Shown here: positions 42,818 through 56,108 of the stretch, one piece after another
Layout of the letters: the number at the start of each line of letters is the position of its first letter
Position numbering within the stretch: position 1 is the stretch's first letter
Origin: Eledone cirrhosa
Taxonomy: Eukaryota
Direction of reading: 5' to 3'
NCBI GenBank assembly: GCA_964016885.1
Contig: OZ024752.1
Span: forward strand, 34,286,001-34,350,000
Length of the DNA stretch: 64,000 nucleotides
Notes under the pieces: model-generated
The model's database searches: none
What the model was told of the DNA's origin: nothing
What the model saw: the letters and a program-made list of their open reading frames with translations, nothing else
Translations under genes and position numbers: made by a program

Positions 42818-42977
42818 TTGATTTAGGAGTCACAGAAACCTACATACACACACATATATACTCATGCACACATGTATAGTATTACACACATACATATTGA
42901 CGCACACATACATATGCACACAAAACTCATTCACATTTATGAAAGAAAGAACACAGACATTTACTTACCACTTACAG

Positions 42978-43011
<34 letters not shown>

Positions 43012-43035
43012 CGACAGTCGATCGACTTTCGTCAA

Positions 43036-43082
<47 letters not shown>

Positions 43083-43225
43083 ATTAAAATACTGGAGCGT
43101 GTTGGAGTTAAACACCCTCTTCGTATTATAGAAATGACAGTAAAAGGTATAGCTCAATGTAGTTAAACAGAGCCGAAGAATTATGAAAATAAAACAAAGA
43201 AGCCTTCAATACATCAAAAGTCTTT

Positions 43226-43270
43226 ATTAGCCAACAATGTTTCGTCCTATTAAGGACTCATCAGGGCAAT
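43226..43270 (-). ncRNA. Minimal type-I hammerhead ribozyme in the loop of inverted repeat 43181-43340
   Basis: attGCC CTGATGA GTCCT taat AGGAC GAAA C att G TT GGCtaat. Confidence 0.8.
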
Positions 43271-43454
43271 TAAAACAACAACATTGTGAGCTAATAAAGA
43301 CTTTTGATGTATTGAAGGCTTCTTTGTTTTATTTTCATAATATATATATATATATAGTGGTAGAACACTGGAAGGTAATATCCGTAGTGGTAGAGCACTC
43401 AGTCCATGGGACGAGTTAGGTGGAAGTGGTTACACAACAGTTAGTTCACCATAC

Positions 43455-43492
43455 CGAGAACAATTGTTTCACCTTAGCGGTTCCTCAGCTCG
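43455..43492 (-). ncRNA. Minimal type-I hammerhead ribozyme (left arm of palindrome 43423-43638)
   Basis: CGAG CTGAGGA ACC gctaa GGT GAAA CAATTG TT CTCG. Confidence 0.8.
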
Positions 43493-43568
43493 TAATGGAC
43501 ATGGTTATACGGAACAGGAAGGACAATCGTACGGCTGTCCTTCCTGTTCCGTATAACCATGTCCATTA

Positions 43569-43606
43569 CGAGCTGAGGAACCGCTAAGGTGAAACATTTG
43601 TTCTCG
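43569..43606 (+). ncRNA. Minimal type-I hammerhead ribozyme (right arm)
   Basis: CGAG CTGAGGA ACC gctaa GGT GAAA CATTTG TT CTCG. Confidence 0.75.
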
Positions 43607-43635
43607 GTATGGTGAACTAACTGTTGTATAACCAC

Positions 43636-43760
<125 letters not shown>

Positions 43761-44247
43761 CAAATATAATTTCAGCGAGATCGTATTTCGGCGGTGGCCA
43801 AAACAAAACGAAACGCAATCTTCGAGATATGCCGGCAAGCGCTCAATGGACTAAGAAGAAACCAGAGCAATTAACATGTGTTATAAGGCCAGATAAAATG
43901 AATACAGTGGTTGTGAAGGCAGCAGCCACCGTAGCCGAAAAGAACGAATCAAACTAAACAGGTTAACAAAAGATTATTACCTCGACCTTCCCGGAAAGTG
44001 TTGGTAAAATCCAATGGGAGGTTTCTGTGACTCCTGAATCAAGTATACTATATATATATATATAAAGGAACGATCGACTTTCGTCAAATAGATACTATCT
44101 ATCGGTCGCAACTCCAGGTAGAAGAAGCAACGTGAAATAAAGTGTCTTGCTCAAGGACATAACGCATCGCCTGGTCCAGGAATCGAACTCACAACCTTAC
44201 GATTGCGAATTCTTTAACCACTCAGCCACACGCCTTCACTTTATATA

Positions 44248-44290
<43 letters not shown>

Positions 44291-44626
44291 GTTGAGCTCT
44301 GCTGATGATTGAAATTCCAACCGTGACCATCTCCACTGAAAGTTTTCATGAAATAGTCTTTTAAGACTATACAGAGCATTTGATGTTATTCCAAATTGAA
44401 GGATAAGTGTTTCAAACTTTATTTTATCATGAGTTAAAGGTCTATAGATTTTCCCTGGATTTTACTAAATTCTGTGGATGAATTTATATCCTGATTCTCT
44501 TTTGAGATGAGTTTGAGTTATTTTTCCTAAATCTTTCGTTAACTACTTTTCCCATCTTGACGTTATAGTCGCATATATGTTATAGAATGCCGTTAGCTTC
44601 TTGCTAAAACAATCTCTATACCTCTC

Positions 44627-44681
<55 letters not shown>

Positions 44682-45943
44682 ATATTAGTTTAACAATGAT
44701 AATAATAACAAAAGCAAGTTTTTTTACATATTTCATTCATTGTTTTACGATCGTTTCGGAGGGTTGATCATATCGATATATTGACTGATCTATAGCAGTT
44801 AGAGAACTGTATACTATTAGACATAATATATGGGTTCGGTCATATCGTCTTCTTCGGAAGACATTGAGGTCTAACTACGTTAAAGACCCTACCACGAAAG
44901 GTATACTATATTCCCCCAATCACGCAAATCCCCTTATCTGCTGAGGTTTTTCCAATCATATGCCTGGTGGTCACCAAACTGCCCAGTTCGTTTGTCTACC
45001 ACCATAGCAGGAAAAACAAATTATACATTTTCTATGTATTTTGTCTGAGGAGAACATGTTTTGCTTTATGTTATAGATAAAACTTTGCATCTTAGAAATA
45101 AATATAATGAAATAAATAGAGATGATATAAAGTATATATCTTAGAGTTACGGCCCTTTATGGTCTGAGTTCAAATCCCGCTGAGGTTAACTTTGCCTTAC
45201 ATCCTTACGGGGTCGATAAAATAAAGTACCAGTAATGCACTGGGATAATTGCTGGCCTTGTGCCTAAAGTAGAAACAATTATATATATATATATATATAT
45301 AAGTCGGCAGACCTCGCAAAGGCTCTATATCTTTATGATGTACTGTTTTTGTTTATGCCACGAAACTACGTAGTCGAGGAATCTAGGAGCAGTTTAGGTA
45401 TGATACATTTTATTACTAATTATATCTAAATGTTCCTTCTCTCTTCATAATGTATTTTTAACTCTGATACTGGTTCAGTCTAGTTCAACCGGATTGGTCT
45501 GTCCCAGTCATTCATTGGGCAACATCGGTAAGGTTGGCACCATTAACTCACGGTTGGATGTGGATGCATTCATGTATATGTGTGTGTCCGCATGTATCTG
45601 TGTGTTTCTAAATATATATATATATATATATATATAACCAAAAGTTAAACAAGGTTCATTGATAAATCAATGAATATAGTTTTACAATAGATTAGAAGCA
45701 CTCAACAGTTGGTTTTCTGGAGTTATTAATATTAATTCAAAATATTAATAAATATAGACATTCATGTAATCAAATATATTTTATTATATATATTTCAGAG
45801 CTAATGTGCTGTTTCCTCAGTACGTCCTCATCAGATAAAATATATAAATTGATGTATGACATACCTCAACTGTACTGATGGTTCAATTCCAGTCTTGCCA
45901 AGGTATGTCATACATCAATTTATATATTTTATCTGATGAGGAC

Positions 45944-45992
<49 letters not shown>

Positions 45993-47821
45993 TATATACA
46001 TCGCGCTCATGCACACAAATACATTCCTATATACACATGCACACGAAGCAAGTAAGATAGAAGCAAACAGCACACACACATGCACACACACAAACACACA
46101 CATGCCTACGCACACGCACATACATTCACATGCACACAAACACACGGACATACACACGCATTCATATATATTCAGCGACATTGAGATATGCATACACACA
46201 CACACACATACGCACGCATATTTACAGAAACATACATACGCACATACACACACGCACACATTCATACATCCACAGACACACACACACACACACACAGACA
46301 TTCACAGAATATCAGGCAGGAAGGAAGCAGACGACAATGCACGCGCGCGCACACACTCTCACACATACACACTCACAATATACACATAAACACATACACA
46401 ATATACACATACACACTCACATATACACATAAACACATACACAATATACACATACACACTCACAATATACACATAAACACACACAGACATAAACCTACGC
46501 ACACACACACAATACACACACACACACACTCACAATATACACATGAACACACACAGACATAAAACTACGCACACACACACACACACACACACACTCATAA
46601 ACACACACAGACACATAAACACACACAGACACATAAACACACACAGACATAAAGCTATGCAAACATACACACAATATACACATACACACACAGATAGACA
46701 TAAACCTACGCACACACACGCACATTTCCGCCCACGCTTATAAACACCGGAACACCAAAACAAAAACGTAAAACAGTAAACAGAAAAAAAAAAATGTAAA
46801 ATAAATTCAAATGAAAGGAAGCAGCCGACAATACCCTGATATTAGTGGTCATTAATGTTTTAATAAAAGGGTGGACACCATATTGTATGGACTGTTAGTT
46901 CCATGTAAGAAATGGCTGACTGGCTGACTGGCGACTAACGAACTGACAGGAAATAGATATATTTACTTACTTATGAAGATATATATATATATATATATAT
47001 ATATAAGTATGTATACGTACATATATGTATACAGACGTACAGTAGTATGTATATATACATACATACATACATGGTGGCTGCCAACTCGTTTTCGAGTACG
47101 GCCACTACTTTATATCCATGTAGGAGAACCCCTACCGATGCGCTGAACGAATGTGACTTTTTAGTCCAGCCAGCGACTTGAAAACTCTGGTACAAAGACT
47201 ACACTTGTGACAATTATTGACACATAGTGCAGGGCCCATGGTACCATGTGAGGACAAGTGCAGAGAGATCTCCAGATATAAAGCAATGCCTGTGCTGTGA
47301 AGCTTTTATAGTGAGTAAAGGCACTGCACAAAGCCAGTCCCACATACATACATACATGTATATATGTACGTATGGATTCACCAAACATTTTTATAATAAA
47401 TGTTTGGTGAATCCATACGTATATATATATGTGTGTATGTATGTATATATATATATATATATACATACTACTGTACGTCTGTATGCATATATGTATGTAC
47501 GTATACATACTTATATTTAAGTAACAGCTGTACTAAGAGTGGGAAATGAAATTTCGTTTCATTTTTTTCCGTTTATATATATATATTATATACATATATA
47601 TTATATACATATAAATATATATATAAATATATATAAATATATATATAAATATATATATATAAATATATATATAAATATATATATATAAATATATATATAA
47701 ATATATATAAATATATATATAAATATATAAATATATATATAAATATATATATATATAAATATATATAAATATATATATATATATAAATATATATATATAA
47801 ATATATATAAATATATATATA

Positions 47822-47853
<32 letters not shown>

Positions 47854-47859
47854 AATATA

Positions 47860-47891
<32 letters not shown>

Positions 47892-47916
47892 AATATATAT
47901 ATATAAATATATAACT

Positions 47917-48104
47917 AACGAAGGAAATGTGGTAAGGGACCAGGTGGACCATAACGCACCAGAGTACTCAATACTTGGGCTAGTAGAGTGGGTAATAGGA
48001 ACCAGTAAGACCCCGACGGCTGAGCTCAAGCCGTTTCGACGGCTAATTCTGAATTAGCCGTCGAAACGGCTTGAGCTCAGCCGTCGGGGTCTTACTGGTT
48101 CCTA
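47917..48104. mobile_element. Fold-back element (family of 13533 and 26200) within (TA)n
   Basis: Perfect palindrome ~47996-48104 plus shared tail. Confidence 0.8.
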
Positions 48105-48113
48105 TAAATATAT

Positions 48114-48144
<31 letters not shown>

Positions 48145-48459
48145 TATATAAATATATAAAATATTTGTTCCCGTTCTACAGACATTTAACAACCGATGAG
48201 CTATAGAGGCAGCGTTGGTGGTAGCGTTGATGATAGCGGCGGTGGTTGCAGCTGTTGCAGTATTGCTGTTATTACTGCCGTAGTAACAGCAACTCTAACA
48301 GCAGCAGTAGTAGCAACTGCAGCAGTAGCAACTGCAGCAGTAACAACAGAAACAATGGCGACAGCAACAAAAGTTTAGTAAAGTTTTCTAACTCCAGGTT
48401 ATACGAAATGGAACGGTTTAATTTCAACGAAAGAAATAAACTGAAGCAATGAACCACCA

Positions 48460-48526
<67 letters not shown>

Positions 48527-48554
48527 GAGAGAGAGAGAGAGAGAGAGTGTGTGT

Positions 48555-50676
48555 GTGTACATGAGAGGTGGAGAAGGTGAGAGAGATGGAGGCGATGACA
48601 GTGGGAGTTCGGCTCCTCTGTGTTCGGACCTGGTGTACATGAGAGATGGAGGGGGCGAGAAAGATGGAGGCGATGACAGTGGGAGTTCGGCTCCTCTGTG
48701 TTCGGACCTGGTGTACATGAGAGATGGAGGCCATGACAGTGGGAGTTCGACTCCTCTGTGTTCGGACCTGGTACACATGAGAGATGGAGGCCATGACAGT
48801 GGGAGTTCGACTCCTCTGTGTTCGGACCTGGTGTACATGAGAGATGGAGGCGATGACAGTGGGAGTTAGGCTCTTCTGTGTTCGGACCTGGTGTACATGA
48901 GAGATGGAGGCCATGACAGTGGGAGTTTGGCTCCTCTGTGTTCGGACCTGGTGTACATGAGAGATGGAGGCGATGACAGTGGGAGTTCGGCTCTTCTGTG
49001 TTCGGACCTGGTGTACATGAGAGATGGAGGCCATGACAGTGGGAGTTTGGCTCCTCTGTGTTCGGACCTGGTGTACATGAGAGATGGAGGCGATGATAGG
49101 AGTTCGGCTCCTCTGTGTTCGGACCTGGTGTACATGAGAGATGGAGGCGATGACAGTGGGAGTTCGGCTCCTCTGTGTTCGGACCTGGTGTACATGAGAG
49201 ATGGAGGCGGTGACAGTGGGAGTTCGGCTCCTCTGTGTTCGGACCTGGTGTACATGAGAGATGGAGGCGGTGACAGTGGGAGTTCGGCTCCTCTGTGTTC
49301 GGACCTGGTGTACATGAGAGATGGAGGCGGTGACAGTGGGAGTTCGGCTCCTCTGTGTTCGGACCTGGTGTACATGAGAGATGGAGGCGATGACAGTGGG
49401 AGTTTGGCTCCTCTGTGTTCGGACCTGGTGTACATGAGAGATGGAGGCGATGACAGTGGGAGTTTGGCTCCTCTGTGTTCGGACCTGGTGTACATGAGAG
49501 ATGGAGGCGATGACAGTGGGAGTTCGACTCCTCTGTGTTCGGACCTGGTGTACATGAGAGATGGAGGCCATGACAGTGGGAGTTCGACTCCTCTGTGTTC
49601 GGACCTGGTGTACATGAGAGATGGAGGCGATGACAGTGGGAGTTAGGCTCTTCTGTGTTCGGACCTGGTGTACATGAGAGATGGAGGCCATGACAGTGGG
49701 AGTTTGGCTCCTCTGTGTTCGGACCTGGTGTACATGAGAGATGGAGGCGATGACAGTGGGAGTTCGGCTCCTCTGTGTTCGGACCTGGTGTACATGAGAG
49801 ATGGAGGCCATGACAGTGGGAGTTCGACTCCTCTGTGTTCGGACCTGGTGTACATGAGAGATGGAGGCGATGACAGTGGGAGTTAGGCTCCTCTGTGTTC
49901 GGACCTGGTGTACATGAGAGATGGAGGCGATGACAGTGGGAGTTTGGCTCCTCTGTGTTCGGACCTGGTGTACATGAGAGATGGAGGCGATGTCAGTGGG
50001 AGTTCGGCTCTTCTGTGTTCGGACCTGGTGTACATGAGAGATGGAGGCCATGACAGTGGGAGTTCGACTCCTCTGTGTTCGGACCTGGTGTACATGAGAG
50101 ATGGAGGCCATGACAGTGGGAGTTTGGCTCCTCTGTGTTCGGACCTGGTGTACATGAGAGATGGAGGCGATGACAGTGGGAGTTTGGCTCCTCTGTGTTC
50201 GGACCTGGTGTACATGAGAGATGGAGGCGATGTCAGTGGGAGTTCGGCTCTTCTGTGTTCGGACCTGGTGTACATGAGAGATGGAGGCGATGTCAGTGGG
50301 AGTTCGGCTCTTCTGTGTTCGGACCTGGTGTACATGAGAGATGGAGGCGATGACAGTGGGAGTTTGGCTCCTCTGTGTTCGGACCTGGTGTACATGAGAT
50401 GGAGGCGATGACAGTGGGAGTTCGGCTCCTCTGTGTTCGGACCTGGTGTACATGAGAGATGGAGGCGATGTCAGTGGGAGTTCGGCTCTTCTGTGTTCGG
50501 ACCTGGTGTACATGAGAGATGGAGGCCATGACAGTGGGAGTTTGGCTCCTCTGTGTTCGGACCTGGTGTACATGAGAGATGGAGGCGATGACAGTGGGAG
50601 TTCGGCTCCTCTGTGCTCGGACCTGGTGTACATGAGAGATGGAGGCGATGACAGTGGGAGTTCGGCTCCTCTGTGT
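48555..50676. repeat. 60-bp GC-balanced minisatellite, ~35 copies
   Basis: gtgtacatgagagatggaggcgatgacagtgggagttcggctcctctgtgttcggacctg with a few variant positions. Confidence 0.97.
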
Positions 50677-50857
50677 ACAGCATCAGTCCTCCGGAAGAAG
50701 GTAGTGATTTATCTCCTATTACCTAAGACTGTTATCTACCTTAGATGTACTGAAATGATTGCCTGCTTTGAGGTCCTACATTTCATAAACCATCTGTGTC
50801 AATAGCCACCAGCTGTCAACAAGAAGGAAAAAGAAAGTAACTGACCGCCAGATGGAA

Positions 50858-51305
50858 CCCAAGAAACACTGTTTCCATTTATCTTTCCATTGCTGATACT
50901 ATCTGCAGATAGTACAGGTAGCAATTTCTGCCAGACGAAGGTGAGGTTTGAAATAAGAACTCCGTCTTTACAGTTCCACCAACCCACCGCTCTCTCAGAC
51001 AGGTACTTATCAAATCGGACCAAGGAAACACTGTTTCCATTTATCTTTCCATTGCTGATACTATCTGCAGATAGTACAGGTAGCAATTTCTGCCAGACGA
51101 AGGTGAGGTTTGAAATAAGAACTCAGTCTTTACAGTTCCACCAACCCACCGCTCTCTCAGACAGGTACTTATCAAATCGGACCAAGGAAACAATGTTTCC
51201 ATTTATCTTCCCATTGGTGATACTATCCGTAGGTAGCATAGCAACTCCTGTCAGAATTTGACGAGATTTCAAATAAGAATGTAGAGTCTTTAATAGTTCC
51301 ACCAA
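50858..51305. repeat. 162-bp tandem repeat, ~2.7 copies
   Basis: gaaacactgtttccatttatctttccattg at ~50863, 51025, 51187. Confidence 0.88.
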
Positions 51306-51339
51306 TTCCTGGAACTGGTACTTGTTAGTTCAAAGTTCA

Positions 51340-51798
51340 AAGGCTGAATATGAAGGAGTGATGCTAGAGCTGTGAAATTTTACATGCATTAATTCTAACT
51401 CTTCTTATTAATAACTGCATTGTTCCTTTCCAGGGACTATGTTGAAAAATAAACCTCATTTGGTCATTCCATGAGAGTATCTTGGCCAGCCTACGAATGA
51501 GTGATGTTAGAGCTGTGAAATCTTTCCTACATTAATTTCAACTCTTATTAATAACTGCATTGTTTCTTTCCAGAGACTGTGTTGAAATATAAACTTCATT
51601 TGGTCATTCCATGAGAGTATCTTGGCCAGCATACGAATGAGTGATGTTAGAGCTGTGAAATCTTTCCTACATTAATTTCAACTCTTATTAATAACTGTAT
51701 CGTTCCTTTCCAGGGACTGTGTTGAAATATAAACTTCATTCGGTCATTACATGAGAGTATCTTGGTCAGCCTATCAATTTTTCCGCCAATCTTCGTAT
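51340..51798 (-). mobile_element. Mariner-like MITE with internal ~140-bp triplication (same family as 5752/6102)
   Basis: agagctgtgaaa...catgagagtatcttgg.cagc three times; ends cttcgtata. Confidence 0.75.
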
Positions 51799-51957
51799 AT
51801 ACTCTTCCACCCTCTCTCTTACCGTCTTTATCTATTTTATTCTGCCTACTTTCCTTGGTGACCCCCCACCGAAAGAAAATCTAGATCTGTTGGTGCCACC
51901 AGAGCTTCCGTTATAGTGTTGAGTTTGAGATGGGGATATATATATATATATAATAAT

Positions 51958-52645
51958 AATTGTTTCTACTTTTGGCACAAGGCCAGCAATTACCCAGAAA
52001 TTACCCGTCGAGGTTAACTTTGCCTTTCATCCTTACGTAGAAACAATTATTATTATTATTAGCTCACGGTGTTATTAGCTCAAGGGCGGTGGATTGGCAG
52101 TATCGGTAGAGGGTCGGACGCCATGCTTCGACGCATAGAGTTACGGCCCTTGCCATTCTGAGTTCAAATCCCGCCGAGGTTAACTTTGCCTTTCATCCTT
52201 ACGGGGTCGATAAAATAAAGTACCAGTAATGCACTGGGTAATTGCTGGCCTTGTGCCTAAAGTAGAAACAATTATTAGCTCACGGTGGATTGGCAGTATC
52301 GGTAGAGGGTCGGACGCCATGCTTTGCAGCATGGAGTTACGGCCCTTTATACCCTGAGTTCAAATCCCGCTGAAGTTAACTTTGCCTTTCATCCTTACGG
52401 GGTCGATAAAATATAGTACCAGTAATGTACTGGTGTAATTGCTGGCCTTGTGCCAAAAGTAGAAACCATTATGATTAGCTCACGCTGAGGGTGGTGGATT
52501 GGCAGTCTGAGTTCACATCTGACCGAGGTTAGCTTTGCCTTACGGGGTCGATAAAATAAAGTACCAGTCACGCCCTAGGGTCGATTTAATAGGCTTTTTT
52601 CTCCACCAAAATTGCTGGCCGTGTGCCTATAAACGAAACCATTAT
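51958..52645 (+). mobile_element. SINE cluster (dominant family, full and rearranged copies)
   Basis: Consensus matches, separated by repeated attattagctcacg (TSD-like). Confidence 0.82.
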
Positions 52646-53308
52646 TAGCTCACGTATTTTATCCCTAATACGAAACTACGAAAGAAATTACAAACATGAT
52701 CATACTAACATATTTAGAGTCAATAGAAAATCAGTGTAATAAAAAAAACCAAGAGCATTCAACAAATTTCCATATTACTGGAGGGGCTTAAGCCTCCAGA
52801 GCCTCATAGCGCCGGAAGGTTTGTGTGACACATACATACGGTCTTTAGCCACAGTTTTAGCACTTAGTGGCACCGAATTCTTTAACAAGGTTTTTGGCAC
52901 GAGGTACCACCAGCAGACCTCTATTCCAACGAGTAACATCCGGAAATAATCAGCTGCTGGTTGGACCATATAAACTAGTGTTGACGGCCTTTCTATCAAT
53001 TGCTAAACTTATCATCTCTGACATCCCCAAGGAATCCGTTATCTTACTCACATTCTTCTCCTCCTCCTCCTTCTTCTTCTCCTTCTTCTTCAGTTAAAGA
53101 CAACGCCCCGCGGCTCCGCAACCTTCCCTACTTCATCAGTTCACTCGTCACTACAAATGATACCATCTTTCATTCCGAAGTACTTCTTTTTTTACAGTTA
53201 ATATCAACAGCTCCAAGGCGACGGAAGGAGCCTCTACATGCTCACTACTCAATCTGCTAGAAAGAGCAGCGAAATCTCTTTCAAATGCCCCCATATCATT
53301 ACAAAAAG

Positions 53309-53384
<76 letters not shown>

Positions 53385-53507
53385 CTTAGTAAAATTTTGT
53401 TCCGGCTACACACTGCTTTAACAGACGGGATGGTCATGGACTGAACGCCTTTGTTAATAGGCATGCTCTGTCTGAGCCGACATGGAGCTAAGCAACAACA
53501 GCAATAA

Positions 53508-54254
53508 TAATTGCTTCTGCTTTTGGCACAAGGCCAGCAATTACCCAGTGCATTACTGGTACTTTATTTTATCGACCCCGTAAGGATGAAAGGCAAAGTC
53601 AACCTCGGCGGGATTTGAACTCAGATCGTAAAGGGACGTAACTCTATGCTGAAAAGCATGTGTCCGACTCTCTACCGATACTGTCAATCCACTGCCCTAG
53701 TAGTAGTAGTAGTAGTAGTAGTAATAACTGTTTCTACTTTAGGCACAAGGCCAACAATTACCCAGTGCATTACTGGTACTTTATTTTATCGATATCGGAA
53801 GGTTGAAAGACAAACTTGACCTCGGTTAGATTTTTATCTTCAAATAGAAGAATTTGGAATAAATATTTTAGGCACAAGGCCAGCAATTCACCAGTGCATT
53901 ACTGGTACTTTATTTTATCGACCCCCGTAAGGATGAAAGGCAAAGTCAACCTCGGCCGGATTTGAACTCGGATCGTAAAGGGACGTAACTATGCTGGAAA
54001 GCATGGCGTCCGACCCTCTACCGATACTGCCAATCCACCGTAATCTGGAATAAATAATGATTTCTTATATAGGCAAAAGGCCAAAATCGATTAAATCGAC
54101 CCCAATGCGTTACTGGTACTTTATTTTATCGGCCCCGTAAGGATGAAAGGCAAAGTCAATCTCGGCGGGGTTTGAACTCAGATCGTAAAGGGCCGTAACT
54201 CTATGCTGAAAAGCATGTGTCCGACTCTCTACCGATACTGTCAATCCACTGCCC

Positions 54255-54295
<41 letters not shown>

Positions 54296-54702
54296 ATAAC
54301 TGTTTCTACTTTAGGCACAAGGCCAACAATTACTCAGTGCATTACTGGTACTTTATTTTATCGACCCCGTAAGGATGAAAGGTAAAGTCAACCTCGGCCG
54401 GATTTGAACTCAGATCGGAAAGGGACGTAACTATGCTGGAAAGCATGGCGTCCGACCCTCTACTGATACTGCCAATCCAACGATAATGGTTTCTTATATA
54501 GGCACAAGGCCAGCAATTTTGGGGAAGGGAAAGTCGATTAAATCGACCTCAGTGCATTGCTGGTACTTTATTTTATCGACCCCTTAAGGATGAAAGGCAA
54601 AGTTAGCGTCGGCGGAGTTTGAACTCAGATCATAAAGGGCCGTAACTCTATGCTGCAAAGCATGGCGTCCGACCCTCTACCGATACTGCCAATCCACTGC
54701 CC
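53508..54702 (-). mobile_element. Tandem cluster of ~6 dominant-family SINEs
   Basis: Repeated reverse-complement consensus. Confidence 0.85.
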
Positions 54703-55416
54703 TAGAAACTGGAATAAATACTACAAGGCGTTTCATTTCACTCGGCGCTGTCGCCTCTTGCCTACCTTATATTGTTATATCTCTATTTTATTATCATCCT
54801 ATTATTGTCAACACTTTCTAGCATTATTGTTGTGAGATGGGGTGGGGGGAGGTACATAGAGTGAGGTGGGGACATGGGGGTGGGGGTAGGGAGGGGGGGG
54901 GGGGGTATCGAAATTCAGTGTTTTGTCCAGGGACACATCACTAGACAAGAGATGGAGATGGGATGTGAACTAACTATTTCTTTAATGAAGGAGACCAGCG
55001 CGGCGTTATTTACTTTGTTATTGCGACAACTTAGTTGTATGAATGGCAATTGTTACGATAAACAACGAAGACGACAAACAGACAGGCATACAGACAGACA
55101 GAGAGACAGACAGACAGACATAGAGACAGACAGACAGACAAACAAACAAACAGACAGACAGATAGTCAGACAGGCAGATAGGGAAGATGTAAGTAAACAA
55201 AGACTCCAAAAGTAGCAACAATGGTGGTGGTGGTGGTAATGAGATTGAGATCGTGTACGTGTCACGAGAAAAAAAAAAACAGTCCACGCTGTAATGTGGT
55301 CGTGTAGGTAACACGGTAAAAGGTTCCCAGTTCCACACTGTAAATGTGGTTGGGGTCAGGAAGGGCATCCAGCTGTAGAAAGCCTGCCAGATAGTCCTAT
55401 ACGAGCGAGACACGGT

Positions 55417-55886
55417 CACCTGACCAACCTTGCCTCAAGTGGGACAACTCCCGTCTAACACAGACAGACAGACAGACAGACAAACAAACAAACAGACAGA
55501 CAGACAGACAGATAGACAGGCAGATAGGGAAGATGTAAGTAAGCAAAGACACCTGACCAACATTGCCTCAAGTGGCACAACTCCCGTCTAACACAGACAG
55601 ACAGACAGACAGACAAACAAACAAACAAACAAACAAACAAACAGACAGACAGACAGATAGACAAGCAGATAGGGAAGATGTAAGTAAGCAAAGACACCTG
55701 ACCAACATTGCCTCAAGTGGCACAACTCCCGTCTAACACAGACAGACAGACAGACAGACAAACAAACAAGCAGACAGACAGACAGACAGACAGACAGATA
55801 GACAAGCAGATAGGGAAGATGTAAGTAAGCAAAGACACCTGACCAACATTGCCTCAAGTGGCACAACTCCCGTCTAACACAGACAA
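55417..55886. repeat. ~130-150-bp tandem unit with (GACA)n core, ~3.5 copies; one more copy at 61503-61670
   Basis: gcagatagggaagatgtaagtaagcaaagacacctgaccaac.ttgcctcaagtggcacaactcccgtctaacacagac. Confidence 0.92.
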
Positions 55887-56108
55887 ATTTCTGTTTATTT
55901 GCCACTAGGGCACAAAAGAAAGGGACATGTACATGGGTGGGGGGAGTTTACATAAAAATCGAGTAAGAAAAATATAACAAACAAAATAATAACAAGAAGA
56001 TCCTCAATAGGGAGGGATCGTTTTGGGGTCACACACACCCCCGAAAAAAGTGTGCGACCCTTCTCCACGGGAGCACAAAGAGAGGGTGCTCCCTCCTTTC
56101 TGTTCCAC

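Noticed and set aside
52740-53300. Possible decayed restriction-like-endonuclease LINE 3' end
   Set aside because: Only vague resemblance across frameshifts and stops; cannot be supported without a search
55417-55886. CRISPR-like repeat/spacer appearance
   Set aside because: Apparent spacers are just variable-length GACA/AACA microsatellite; eukaryotic context with no cas genes
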